Assembly: GCF_001949145.1 (NCBI RefSeq)
Contig: NW_019091404.1
Location: 2,232,001 to 2,294,000 of the forward strand
Source of the DNA: Acanthaster planci
Taxonomy: Eukaryota
DNA length: 62,000 nt
Reading direction: 5' to 3'
Part shown: in pieces, positions 38,101 through 47,311 of the stretch
Numbering within the stretch: the first letter of the stretch is position 1
Layout: every line of letters begins with the position of its first letter
Notes under the pieces: model-generated
Told to the model about the DNA's origin: nothing
Database searches by the model: none
Seen by the model: the letters and a program-made list of their open reading frames with translations, nothing else
Translations under genes and position numbers: made by a program

Positions 38101-41100
38101 CAACAACACAATTTTGATTCCTTGAAAACATCCCAGAATGCACGATGACATCATGACAAGACATCACATTGCCAGACACAGTCTGATGTCATTATCCCTG
38201 TGCAGTGGACAGATGAGCAATCAAATTGTCACGGCAGCTACACATCTGTTCCCTCATCCTGTGTCATCACTTCTCTCTCACTACAGACACGTACACAATG
38301 CACTCTCAACCTTGGGATAATGCGACATTTCTGGTCCCCAAAATAAGGAAATCAAAAAAAAAAAGACTGTGCATGTGCTCCTATGTACGAAAGTCGGTTC
38401 TGCCCATCGCACAGCACACAGAGTTTCCGATACCTTTTTTTTTTTTTGCGGTAATTAATATTCAATGCATACACAAAGTGGTGCCTCGCTCTACCTCTGT
38501 AGTGTGCCGTTACATGTAGCTCATTTTCATTTTAGGGAATACAGTATTCTCAAGAGGCCGGTAGGGTATCACAAACTAGCCCGGGGACAAAGACAATTTG
38601 CATATCAACGCAATCAATGCTTTAAGGGGGAATGAATGTTCCTGCCTCAGTCAAATATGTTTGGGAAATTTGCGTACATGCTGAACTGTGGTAATTACAT
38701 GTACCAGTAAGCATGGTAAGGGCAAGTGTGCTGTATTACCAAACAAACTGATACGCCAGCTTGTACTGGTTAATCAAACGAAAGTTACCGTACATGGACA
38801 CGTAATTTTACGCAGAGAAACACAACAAAGAAAGTACTACTGTCAAGGAAAATCTTAATTTTGGGGGGGACACTGCCGCAATGTTGAAATTTTTTTACAC
38901 ACAATCAAGTACTAACATGGTCGCACGTGAAACGTTATTATCAAAATGCTCCCATTTCAACATGAATCACTCTCCAGGGCTGAAGTTTCGACTGAATGAA
39001 ACATTTCAATTTGCAACAGGCTCCTATACACAAAATTTCTCCTTTTTGAGCGATTTCCAAATATCAGTTTCGTGAAATCTTTGTGGAGACCTCTTCAACC
39101 CATTCTCCTGGGTCCCCACTAGGTACTATATACATGTACATCATGCCACATGCACACACATGTATATCACTAGCGAGCGAAAGCAGGAGGACGGGGTACC
39201 AGGGAAGCCCATCCCCCCCTCACTTTTTGCAGGACCTCTAATGGGTGGAATGGGTCAGCCTACTAAATGGCTGATGCCTGATGGTCTAACAACTGCCCCT
39301 CCCCTCCCAATTTCAAAATCATTTCGCTACTGCTGATGTACCTACATGTACATGTATGAACAAGGCCACGTCTCCGTCAGGCTACAGATTTCCGAAAGGG
39401 TATATTGTATCCTTAGGTAACACAAGAGTACAGATTAAAAATCACGAATCTGTTGGCTGCATGTCTTAATTTTTGGCCATTTCCTACAGATGTTATCATT
39501 CGATACAGTTTGCATGCATGTACATGTATTTTATACCAAGAACTACAGATTTTCCTGAAAAATTTCCAGAAATACTGGTACAGTATGTTCATTTGTGTTT
39601 TAAAGACATCTTTGACATAGGAATTGACTTTTTCATTGGAAAAACCTGACAAATTTCCTGCACCGGATGCTGCTGCCACTCATCTCTTACTAAACCGTTT
39701 TCCTTTGTTTACACAAAAAGTACATGTGCTGAGTTACAAGTGGATGTCACGCATAATATTATCTTGAATGCAGCAAGAATCAAAATTACATGGGCAGCCA
39801 ATGCAGGGCATTAGGATGCACATGTACGTGTATGAATCCAAGTAGAGTGGACACATGGCAGAGCAATTCCAATCATTAATTGATTGGACAGGTGATAAAT
39901 GTAGGGGGGGCATTCACAGCTAATCGGTTTGTCTTTTAATCATTATCGTTGCTCTGATTGACTCAGTGGGAGAGAGATCTCATGTCAAACTTTCTTTTCT
40001 ACAGATACATGTATTACTGGAAACCTGTTTTGATCTGCAGAAGTAGGGATGTGTGGTTAGTCAATCACTGCTCACTGAATAGAAGGCATTTTTGCATTTG
40101 GCAAACTGTATGTATATATATGTATACATGCACATCAACATGTTGACACAAGAATTTGTGAATACCCTTTCATTTGTGTTAAACGACGCATTTTTAAAGT
40201 TTCTTTTCTGTTCTTCACAGAAGCAAGGACAATAAAGCAGGGGCCCCAACAACTTTTGTATGTAGAGGTACCGGTACATGTACCAGCAAGATTTTAGAGC
40301 TTACATGTACATGTGCGTCACCAAAAAGTCTATACCAAAAATCCTTCCTTCATCTGACGCTACAAATTCCATTATAGATCTATAATGAACCTCGTACTGT
40401 ACATGAGCGCTCCTCTGCACACTCGATACAGTACTGGTACCGGGTACATGTACACATGTATGTATCTTCTGGCAAATGTACAAATGTACATGTACGTAGG
40501 TAGATGAAACAGAAATTTAGAAAATGTTTCATTCATGACTATGATCTGCATCAGAACCTTCCAAAAGTTGCACAAGGCTGTTCAGGAATATTCACATATG
40601 TAGCACAAGCCCCACGAGAACAATGAATATTTTTGGATGAAGGCCCACATGGCACCAGTATTATGACCCTGACACTGTGCAGTAGTTCAACTGGATAGTA
40701 GACAATACAAACTAACGTTGTTCATTCCTGATCCTGGACACTTTGAAGTGGCTGTTTTGGGGGCATACTCATCGTGAGCTCTCCCTTTCCGTTCAGGGGA
40801 GGCATTTATTTTTCAAGGCAAGGCTGAGAAAATGTTTGGACAAGTTCACAGCCTGTTTACTTACATGTATCAACATATCTGACTCGGCCCTCATCCAGTT
40901 GAATGATCTATTAACCCTAATGATCCCAAACCAGCCAAATTCCAACACCAGGGTTTGTTGGAATCTGTTAGGATGGGTACTGCATTGGTAACCTGACATT
41001 GTTTCATTAAGGATTACGCATGCCAAAAATGAGCAGTCCAACTGTGTTTGTGCAGTTTACTACTGGTGTGTCGTTTTGGATTTGCAAGGATGAAGAAGGT

Positions 41101-44100
41101 TCAAGTGAATCACTCTAGGGAACTAGGGTTAGCCCAACTACCCAGTATCCATCAAACTCCAATAGCAGGTCTTGCTAGGTTTTGGCAGGTTTGGTACCAC
41201 ACCCAATTAAATTCTTGTTGAATTTTGTTGGACTTGGTATCAAAGGCCCAGGGTGATAGTGTTGGATTCTGTATGAGTTGGGACACATTAGGGTCACTGT
41301 GTGCAGTGTCTGGCTTGCTGTACCAAGTGTTGAACTATGCTTGATTTTTGGGAACCACGACGGTAAAGTACATACATGTACAAGAAGTCTTTATCTACCG
41401 GTAAGTAATACAGGTGATTCAAAATAGTGCGCCAAGAGTTTGCAACACATTGGCCAATCACAATGCATGAAATCTGTCGACCTGTTCCAAACACGTACTG
41501 AGTGGACATATTTTGCATGGTGCACTATTATGAAACAGCCACATGGAGGGATTTCGGCTAATAGATAAAAAATGTCACTTCAAAAAGATAACATGTACAT
41601 GTAACAGTTAAAAATAAACTCCAGATGGTGTACACATTTCAATAGTCATTTGAAAGGTTTGGCAAGGTTTCAGGGAAGACCGACATTATGGCGAAAAACC
41701 TTTAGGATATGACACAGTATCATTATGCACAGTGCTACATGTAGCTGTGCCACAGCTCAGTTTTCAGAAATGGTCATCGGAAGATTTGGAAAAACAATTA
41801 ATATGTTTGTGATTCTGTAATCCTCAGTTGTATTAAGTGGAAACCACTTTGAAAAAAATTTTTTTTCAAGAAGGCACAAGACAACAACAAAAACTTAAAT
41901 AAAACTTTCCAGGAACATTTCCAGAAACAGTGTGAAAGCACAAGGACAAAGCCACTTAGTTAAAAGATGCCAGTGACTGCCGTGCATGTAGGCAACTCTT
42001 CTGCCGATTTCAACACAGACTACTTGCCTGCTTCTTTGCTTGATCAAACCTTCAGTAAAAACAATTAACACGTTTCATTAACTGAAACTACAATCAAAAG
42101 GGCCATAAGTCATCCTTCAGAAAGATAAACTTTCGGGCATGCATAAACATTTCCAAACTTGTATTCTCACATCCTGATTACAGTGGCATGTATCAGTAGT
42201 GTGTCACAACACTCTCTGTTGGTAACTTCAAAGAAGCTATGGTACATGCCATTTTGGCAACTTGACAAGTCGATGTAAATGCATGGTCAAATCTCAAGTT
42301 GTTCAGTAGTGAATTGCTTCCTGATGGTTGGGGCCATTTCCTCATCGACATATATGTGCAGGTATGTCAGTGGCATATGGGGGGGGGCAAGTTGCTCCTC
42401 CCCCCCCAAAAAAAAGATTTTGGAGTAAGGTTCTTGATATAATGTACATGCATTCACTTTTGTATGAGTCCTCTCCAATGTGCCTGTCATGTTCCATGTC
42501 CAATCTAGCCAATCTTGTCATGTCCAATTCTGTAAGGCCTCAGCTTTCATTGTCATGATTTGCAACTTGCTTGGCCCTGCTGAACATTTGCAATATCCTT
42601 GTATGCCCAGGTCTTTGCTGGCCTTGGGTGTGCCAAGATCACCAAGCTTGAGGGGTGAGAACCACACCACGGACACCACCACACCACCACACCACCAGAG
42701 ACCGTTGATAAAAGTGTGCCAGTCTGAGTATGCCCAAGCATGAAAGCTGACATCAGAACAGTAACCAAGTTATCAACTAAGTCAACAGAGAAGTGACAGT
42801 GATATCTGATACCTTGCAACAGACAGTGCCGGTGTACCAGTATGCCGGGCAAGGCATGGGGAGTAAAAAGACATATATGGCTGGGTTTTTTATTCAGCTG
42901 ATGAAGCAATATTTCTGTTCTTTCGAAATGGAAGCAAACTATGTGTACAAACACAGTGTCTTGGTTTCACCTGGCCATTTTTCAAGCTTCTACCTGTAAC
43001 TGATCAAGCACTGACAAGAAGTGGCACTGAAAGTGAAAAAATACTTTAGAACAAAAACAAACATGCCAGAGTTTGTTCCTTTGGTGCCAAAGGCTACGTA
43101 AACAAGTATCTACATTGTACATGTATAACCATGTTATAATGTTTGGGCAGTAGATGACATGTACAGTTTGGACCTCCAACATCTACATGTACGTACCAAT
43201 ACATGCAAATAGCGGTACATTTGCACCGAAACCTGGCACGGAATTCTGGTGGCCTTTCTTGACAAAGTCCTGTCCATCAAAATCAGTCCAATAACAATGA
43301 GTGTCTATGAACTGTGGCAAAGCAAGTGGAAGGATTTTTTGACTGTCTGTGTTAATCTGTCATTGGTTCAAAGCAAGAAATATCTCCACAACCCTGACTG
43401 TCCGAAGTCTCTCAAACCATGAATACATGCAGCAAGCGATAAAACTGTACAGACAAACGAGGCATCGAATACCAATCTTGATGACTTTATCAACTACATG
43501 AACTAACACAGGTAAACAGCTAGGTACATATCTAATATGTCGTTTGAATAACTTGAAGCGGTGGACCTTCGGGTAATTCCCTTTTACGTTGTAAGTCTTG
43601 TGAAGAGTCCCAGGTCCTTCTGTTGACTTGAACTAAAAGTGCTTGCTGATACGGATCATACATGCAACAAATGTAAAGTCTCTGTACATATCAATTGTAC
43701 TTTGTACATGTACATGTGCCTAACATATTGTTTTGCTACAGGATGAAAAATGTGCAAACGTACATGTACATTACCTGTACAGGTACAACTCACCAACACC
43801 TGTGCATGTACATGTACCTCTTACAATATCAACACTTCTTCCAAGTCCATACCAGGCATGTACAGTGTTTAAAGTACATGTAAATTATGTGAATTAGAAA
43901 GAACAAGTTTTTAAAGACCCGAACTTGGGTAATAAAACACTGTACTTGTAATGTACATGTATAGATATACCAGTAGAGGCCTCGAACAGTACTAGCCCGG
44001 CGTACAAATTCTAGTGAAAAATGCTCTGGGCTACCTTAACTTGGTTCCTTGGTTGCCCGGTGGGCTTGTGAAAAATTCAGAATAAGCCTACCTGTTAAAC

Positions 44101-45191
44101 TTTTCATAAAAATATATAATGCTTTTTGTGATAATAAATATAAGATTGCAAAAACCGAATCATTGTGGATGTGTTTTTACTTGTGTTTTTTTAAATGTGA
44201 TGCTCGCGCGACAGGGCGATCATTTTTTTATACACGGGCTAGTAAAACTCTAAACAGGCTAGTAAAATATCCAGTTAACTAGCCCAGTGGGCTAGCAAGG
44301 AAAAAAAGTTAGCGCAATGTCACAGTAAAATGTTTAGTTATGTGCATGTAGTTCCACTCAAAACTTTCACTTTGAGGAAGTTCACAAAAGATTTTGTTGA
44401 TGCGATGTAAAAGAAGAAGGTAGGCAGAGACATGTAGGCATCGTGCACAAAATGAAGTTTAGTGCTTGAATGAGAAGCCTCAACCTTGGTTTTGTCCTCT
44501 GTTGATGAGACTACATAAAATCATTTCCTACCTCCATGATAAAACTGTGACTCCTCTCTGTCCGAGAGCTTGCGCTGAATGGACATTAAAACCTTAAACC
44601 CAGACGTAAGCCCTTAACATACGTGTGTGACCGTATAATCACCAGGTCTCTAATTTCGCCACCTACATGTGTATTGTCAAGTCTCATTGGTTTTCACAGT
44701 AAGTGACAAAATAAGGGACCTGGCGACTATACCATCAGGCATGTTACAACATGTACATGTATTACAAATTTATTTTTTAAAAATCTAGGGCCTGTTTGAA
44801 GTAACCATACTGACAGAAACCACCTCAGAAATTGTAAAAACTTAGAAATAGGGCCTAGTCATCAATACATGAGCCTCATTCCATCAGCATCCACACACCG
44901 TGACCCTCCTTAAAATAAAAATGCACGGCAAAAAATGCATGATTTGACACATGACCAAAACTTGGAAAGGCTGCATCCACGACTAGGGATGAAGTTTACG
45001 CATCGTGAGTTATTCCTCCATGATCACATTCACAGAGAGCACGAAACGACAAAAACAAACACAAACCACTGAGTGACACACACCCCGGTACCCACGCCGT
45101 ATGCATGACAGGTAGAAAAGATTTCCACCCGCCGCCCACCCGGTACATATTCCACGCATCCCCTCGCACGCTTACCGTCCAGTTTCTCCAT
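8138..45191 (-). CDS. AFAP1L: Actin filament-associated protein 1 family adaptor (AFAP1L1/AFAP1L2-like): 2 PH domains, Tyr motifs, coiled coil; about 927 aa
   Basis: Phase-consistent exons on the minus strand: 45191-45176, 28960-28793, 28166-28078, 27239-27184, 25680-25575, 25089-24918, 24626-24551, 24119-23726, 23256-23148, 22922-22839, 22533-22307, 21793-21644, 20541-20461, 16513-16370, 14751-14638, 12870-12621, 11876-11744, 11073-10902, 10399-10295 (less sure), 9141-9019, 8152-8138 (TGA). The N-terminus MEKLDALEQLLPGFQQFL resembles the vertebrate AFAP1L1/L2 N-terminal helix (..LEQLL..). PH1 is ..KWDKRYCLAKDLHLLCYK..AETKEDADKWIEVL and PH2 is GYINIM..KWRKKYLVIQKGELECY... The coiled coil is LDVDRLEIERKE..LQKVQQEW and the C-terminus is GGNVSDMRKMFER*. 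The specific paralogue cannot be assigned. Confidence 0.88.
8795..8980. repeat. 12-bp tandem repeat (GTCAGGCTGTCY) x ~15 in the last intron of the AFAP1-like gene
   Basis: Directly visible. It explains the SVRL, TDSL and SGCP repeat ORFs. Confidence 0.95.
9620..9776. mobile_element. Fold-back MITE with ~55-bp imperfect TIRs
   Basis: CATACCTGCCAACCTGTCACACTCCTTCCTGAGGTC... pairs with ...GACCTCAGGAAGGAGCACGACAGGTTGGCAGGTGTG. No clear TSD. Confidence 0.75.
12351..12472. repeat. 20-bp tandem repeat x6 (GCTTTTGTGACGTCARATTT) carrying CRE palindromes
   Basis: Period 20 is visible. TGACGTCA is intact in 4 of the 6 units. Confidence 0.92.
13526..13895. mobile_element. Non-autonomous hAT-type element (370 bp) with a perfect 8-bp TSD
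   Basis: TIRs CAGTGTTCAAGC / GCTAGAACACTG. TSD GTGAAGGA at 13518-13525 and 13896-13903. An 8-bp TSD with CA...TG ends is typical of hAT. Confidence 0.88.
15486..15821. mobile_element. Degenerate MITE-like element with ~35-bp inverted ends
   Basis: TCGTCCAGGACAAGTTG (~15505) is the reverse complement of CAACTTGTCCTGGACGA (~15786), with weaker pairing outward. Confidence 0.5.
17050..17224. mobile_element. Fold-back MITE family A, copy 1 (~175 bp, almost fully palindromic)
   Basis: CGGGCGATTTACAATAGTGCG...GCCAATCACAATGTGCGAAATCTGACGACC pairs with GGTCGACAGATCTCGTGCACTGTGATTGGC...CGCACTATTGTGAAACGCCCG. Homologous copies lie at 28267 and 41407. Confidence 0.85.
17608..18165. other. Assembly gap (558 N)
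   Basis: Run of N. Confidence 1.
18280..18702. mobile_element. Non-autonomous DNA transposon with TGTGAC...GTCACA termini
   Basis: ATGTGACCCGCTCTGCAAAAAAGGGTAATAAGTCG versus the reverse complement of the right end, ATGTGACCGGCTCCAGAAATATGGGAAAAAAGTCG. Confidence 0.65.
20723..20929. mobile_element. Degenerate MITE-like element
   Basis: The left end GATGATTTTCATTCACGTGGCGGTCA imperfectly mirrors the right end TGACGTCACGTGAAAATCCTCTA. Confidence 0.4.
21035..21335 (+). mobile_element. piggyBac-type MITE family B, long copy (contains a 37-N gap at 21136-21172)
   Basis: TTAA|CCCTCCTATG...CAAAGGAGGG|TTAA. A TTAA TSD with CCC termini is the piggyBac hallmark. Homologous to the copies at 30387 and 30851. 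Confidence 0.85.
27701..27935 (+). mobile_element. tRNA-derived SINE remnant
   Basis: A-box-like TGACCTAATGG and B-box GGTTCGAATCC (~27758), followed by a non-tRNA body (cactttacccct...ggagtgcatgggcacctgtgagg). No tRNA acceptor stem. Confidence 0.6.
28200..28442. mobile_element. Fold-back MITE family A, copy 2 (28267-28442), preceded by a 56-bp tandem duplication of its left end
   Basis: AATAGGGGCGTTTCACAATAGTGCGCCTCCAAGAGTTT occurs twice with period 56. The right end is AAACTCTTGGAGGCGCTCTATTGTGAATCGCCCGTATT. Confidence 0.88.
29032..29267. mobile_element. MITE with ~50-bp TIRs (right end truncated)
   Basis: ATAGAGCTGCTTAAGCACAAAATTTGCTTAAGCATGAAAAAACCTTGCTT pairs with AAGCAAGGTTTTTTGCGCTTAAGCAAATTTTGCACTTAAGCAGCTCTAT. 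Confidence 0.8.
30387..30529 (+). mobile_element. piggyBac-type MITE family B, 143-bp copy
   Basis: CCCTCCTATGCTGAAGTCACTCTTTGGG...TGCTGTAAAACCAATGGAGGG. The TTAA flanks are eroded. Confidence 0.85.
30851..30993 (-). mobile_element. piggyBac-type MITE family B, 143-bp copy, inverted
   Basis: TTAA (30847-30850)|CCCTCCTTTGG...GCATAGGAGGG|TTAA (30994-30997). Near-identical reverse complement of 30387-30529. Confidence 0.9.
31628..31946. repeat. ~53-bp minisatellite x6
   Basis: Unit AAAGTCTTACAGACAAGTGCAGTCTCCTGAAGACTTGTTGGAAGGCACCAGGC, with two alternating variants. Confidence 0.95.
32405..32840. repeat. Degenerate ~210-230-bp tandem duplication
   Basis: CTGCCGGAAGTT, TTTCAATT..GGAAAAGTACTT(C/T)CTGCAA and TAAATTTC(A/G)GGTACATGTA each occur twice in the same order. 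Confidence 0.6.
35045..35297. mobile_element. Non-autonomous hAT-type element (253 bp) with a perfect 8-bp TSD
   Basis: TIR CATGGGCAT / ATGCCCATG. TSD AATACATG at 35037-35044 and 35298-35305. Confidence 0.82.
39168..39335. mobile_element. Probable degenerate hAT-type MITE
   Basis: GC-rich island with ends CACTAGCGAGCGAAA / TTTCGCTACTGCTG and an imperfect 8-bp flank (ATGTATAT / ATGTACCT). Confidence 0.4.
41407..41540. mobile_element. Fold-back MITE family A, copy 3 (degenerate, internally deleted)
   Basis: AATAGTGCGCCAAGAGTTTGCAACACATTGGCCAATCACAATGCATGAAATCTGTCGACC matches copies 1 and 2. Confidence 0.75.
43974..44310. mobile_element. Probable DNA-transposon remnant with subterminal ACTAGCCC/GGGCTAGT motifs
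   Basis: About six ACTAGCCC/GGGCTAG-like motifs cluster at both ends. The termini are eroded. Confidence 0.4.
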
Positions 45192-46125
45192 TTCGTTCGT
45201 TTCGGTCCCAGATTTCGCAGCAAATGCTCAACTTCCTGCAGGCAGAGTTACTTTATCGGCTGACTTCACATATACCGGTAGCATCTGCGGTTTGAAGTCC
45301 TTACATTCTGCTCATGGTTGCAGAGATGAGATGATGTTTTCCGGCCACACTACACTGCGGAAAACGTCAACATGGTTCTATTTTTGACACCCTGTGCTTT
45401 TTTGCGCACTCCAATGATAATAAACATGCAAAGCGCCCAATATGCAAAACCGCAAGCCCAAATTTCTTTGTAAATTTAAGCGAGCTATCGTCAAAGTCGT
45501 GCGTGTATTTTGGCCCAAAATAACGCCCAACGATTTTTCGTTTTTTTATGGTGTGATGAAATAGCGCCATCAGTTGACCACCTGTTAGTATATGGCTTAA
45601 TTAACTTTTTTCGGCTCACAATTTGTTCTTGCAACGGGGAATAATTATCATTAAGATGAGGAGAATATCATTTTCTGCTCTTAATTGTAGATGTAGTTGG
45701 TTAAGTTAAAGAAGTGATGCCAGAAACTTAATCCTTTTTAGGACTGTGACCAAAGTTTGCCTATTAAGGCAGCCAAAACCATTTCAACGGCCGTTTCAAG
45801 TGCAAAGTTGTTTCTGGTACCTTGTGCAAATAACACAAAAATCCGATAATTATCAAATGAAACGCCAACAGTCAGTGTACAAATAATCATAATTTAAACT
45901 TTTTGACATAGTTATATTACAATAATTACTGTTAAGCTTGATATAGTTAATGTGTGGGTAGGCCTATTCAGCTGAAACATAAAACAGTTATTACGCGCGC
46001 ACGCGTTCACGCGATCGCGAGCTAGCTATAGCTAGCGCTGCGTGAATTACACTACAATTAAGTAGTAGATCGGTTCATGGCGAACAGACAGAGGTAACCT
46101 AGAACCTTTCGCGATTATTTCGGTA
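45192..46125. promoter_or_regulatory. Putative bidirectional promoter / 5' leader region shared by the AFAP1-like gene (-) and ELYS (+)
   Basis: The divergent start codons are at 45191 and 47312. CpG is locally retained. Palindromes cluster at 45993-46066. Candidate ELYS non-coding first-exon donors lie at 46093/46094 (GAG|GTAACC) and 46122/46123 (TCG|GTAAGA), with an acceptor at 47281. TSS positions are not directly observable. Confidence 0.6.
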
Positions 46126-47311
46126 AGACTATTCGTAAAGCTGCTTTATTTAAAGGTAGATTATTCACTAAACAAGCAAATCAAACACTGCATTTACAAA
46201 AGTGTGTCAACTTTCATAGAAAAATGCCAGAAATAGAATAATATAAGGGAAGTATTCAAAGCGAACGCATTATTGTGCAAGATGCTACGATTATGGATGG
46301 TGTTTCCGACACAATGTTGAGGAAATGATGGTGGGTCCTCGCACTGGCCTGTATATAGGCAGATAGGCCTAGGGTTCAATTGGCCGATATAAGATCGCCC
46401 TATTGCGACTGGTCGATCCTGCATGAAAACTGTACTTACCTTCCCTTTTTTGAACTGATCTTTCATAACAGTGAATTAGAAAGAGTAGGCGATTGGCCAT
46501 TTGGCATGAATGGCTGATGGTGGAATTATCAACAAATCATGTAATAAATTTGACTGAATAGATCATGCAAAGTTGCATATTTAAGTTCGGGCAATAGGCC
46601 TGTCAACTGATTGCTTTCCAACTCCAACGTAGACACACCTAAGGTACACGTTCGCACCTACCTAGTACTAGTAGTAGGGCCTACTAGCTACTACTACAAA
46701 GTACGAGTCAAAATGGAATTTTTGATGCAATCGGTAGACCTGCACCCACTCTGTTGATCGAGCAGCCCGGCAGTTGTTGATTGTGATGAAATTAGTTGAT
46801 CATCCTTTCTCACTAGTTCATGCCTTGAATTGTATCTGGTACTTGTGGCACAATCACTTCTCTAGAGTTGTACTGTAGCCTACATCAGTCGTCTTGGAAG
46901 CAGCTCCTTCAAAGTACCCACATGTACTCCAAGTCACAGACAAATTTGGAAGACTGGGAAAGAGCCTCATCACTAATTTCTCCCTGCAGTGGCTTGTCAG
47001 CCATCAGAAAATGATAACATGTCTTTAAAAAGTTGAATGGATGTAATAGGGAAAGGTTTTTCCTTAGAAAACACTGAGAATTTTTCAGACCAGTCTCCTT
47101 GAGTTTGTGCTTAGGGTGTCGTGATAACCGACGACCGTGAAGGGAACTTTCAAAGGGTGTTATATCTTTTTTAGTCTTGAGCAAATCTTAGCTACCTTTA
47201 GGCCAGATTTGTTTGTAGTTACTTTCCACCATAATTCAGAAATCTTGAAAATAATCCCAAATGCAAATCTTTTTCCCTCAGTAGAGAGTAGAGTTGTTTT
47301 GGTTCAACCTG

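Noticed and set aside
29300..45100. Autonomous transposase, retroelement or viral ORF in the 16-kb intron
   Set aside because: No ORF longer than about 150 aa and no DDE, RT or integrase motifs in the six-frame track.
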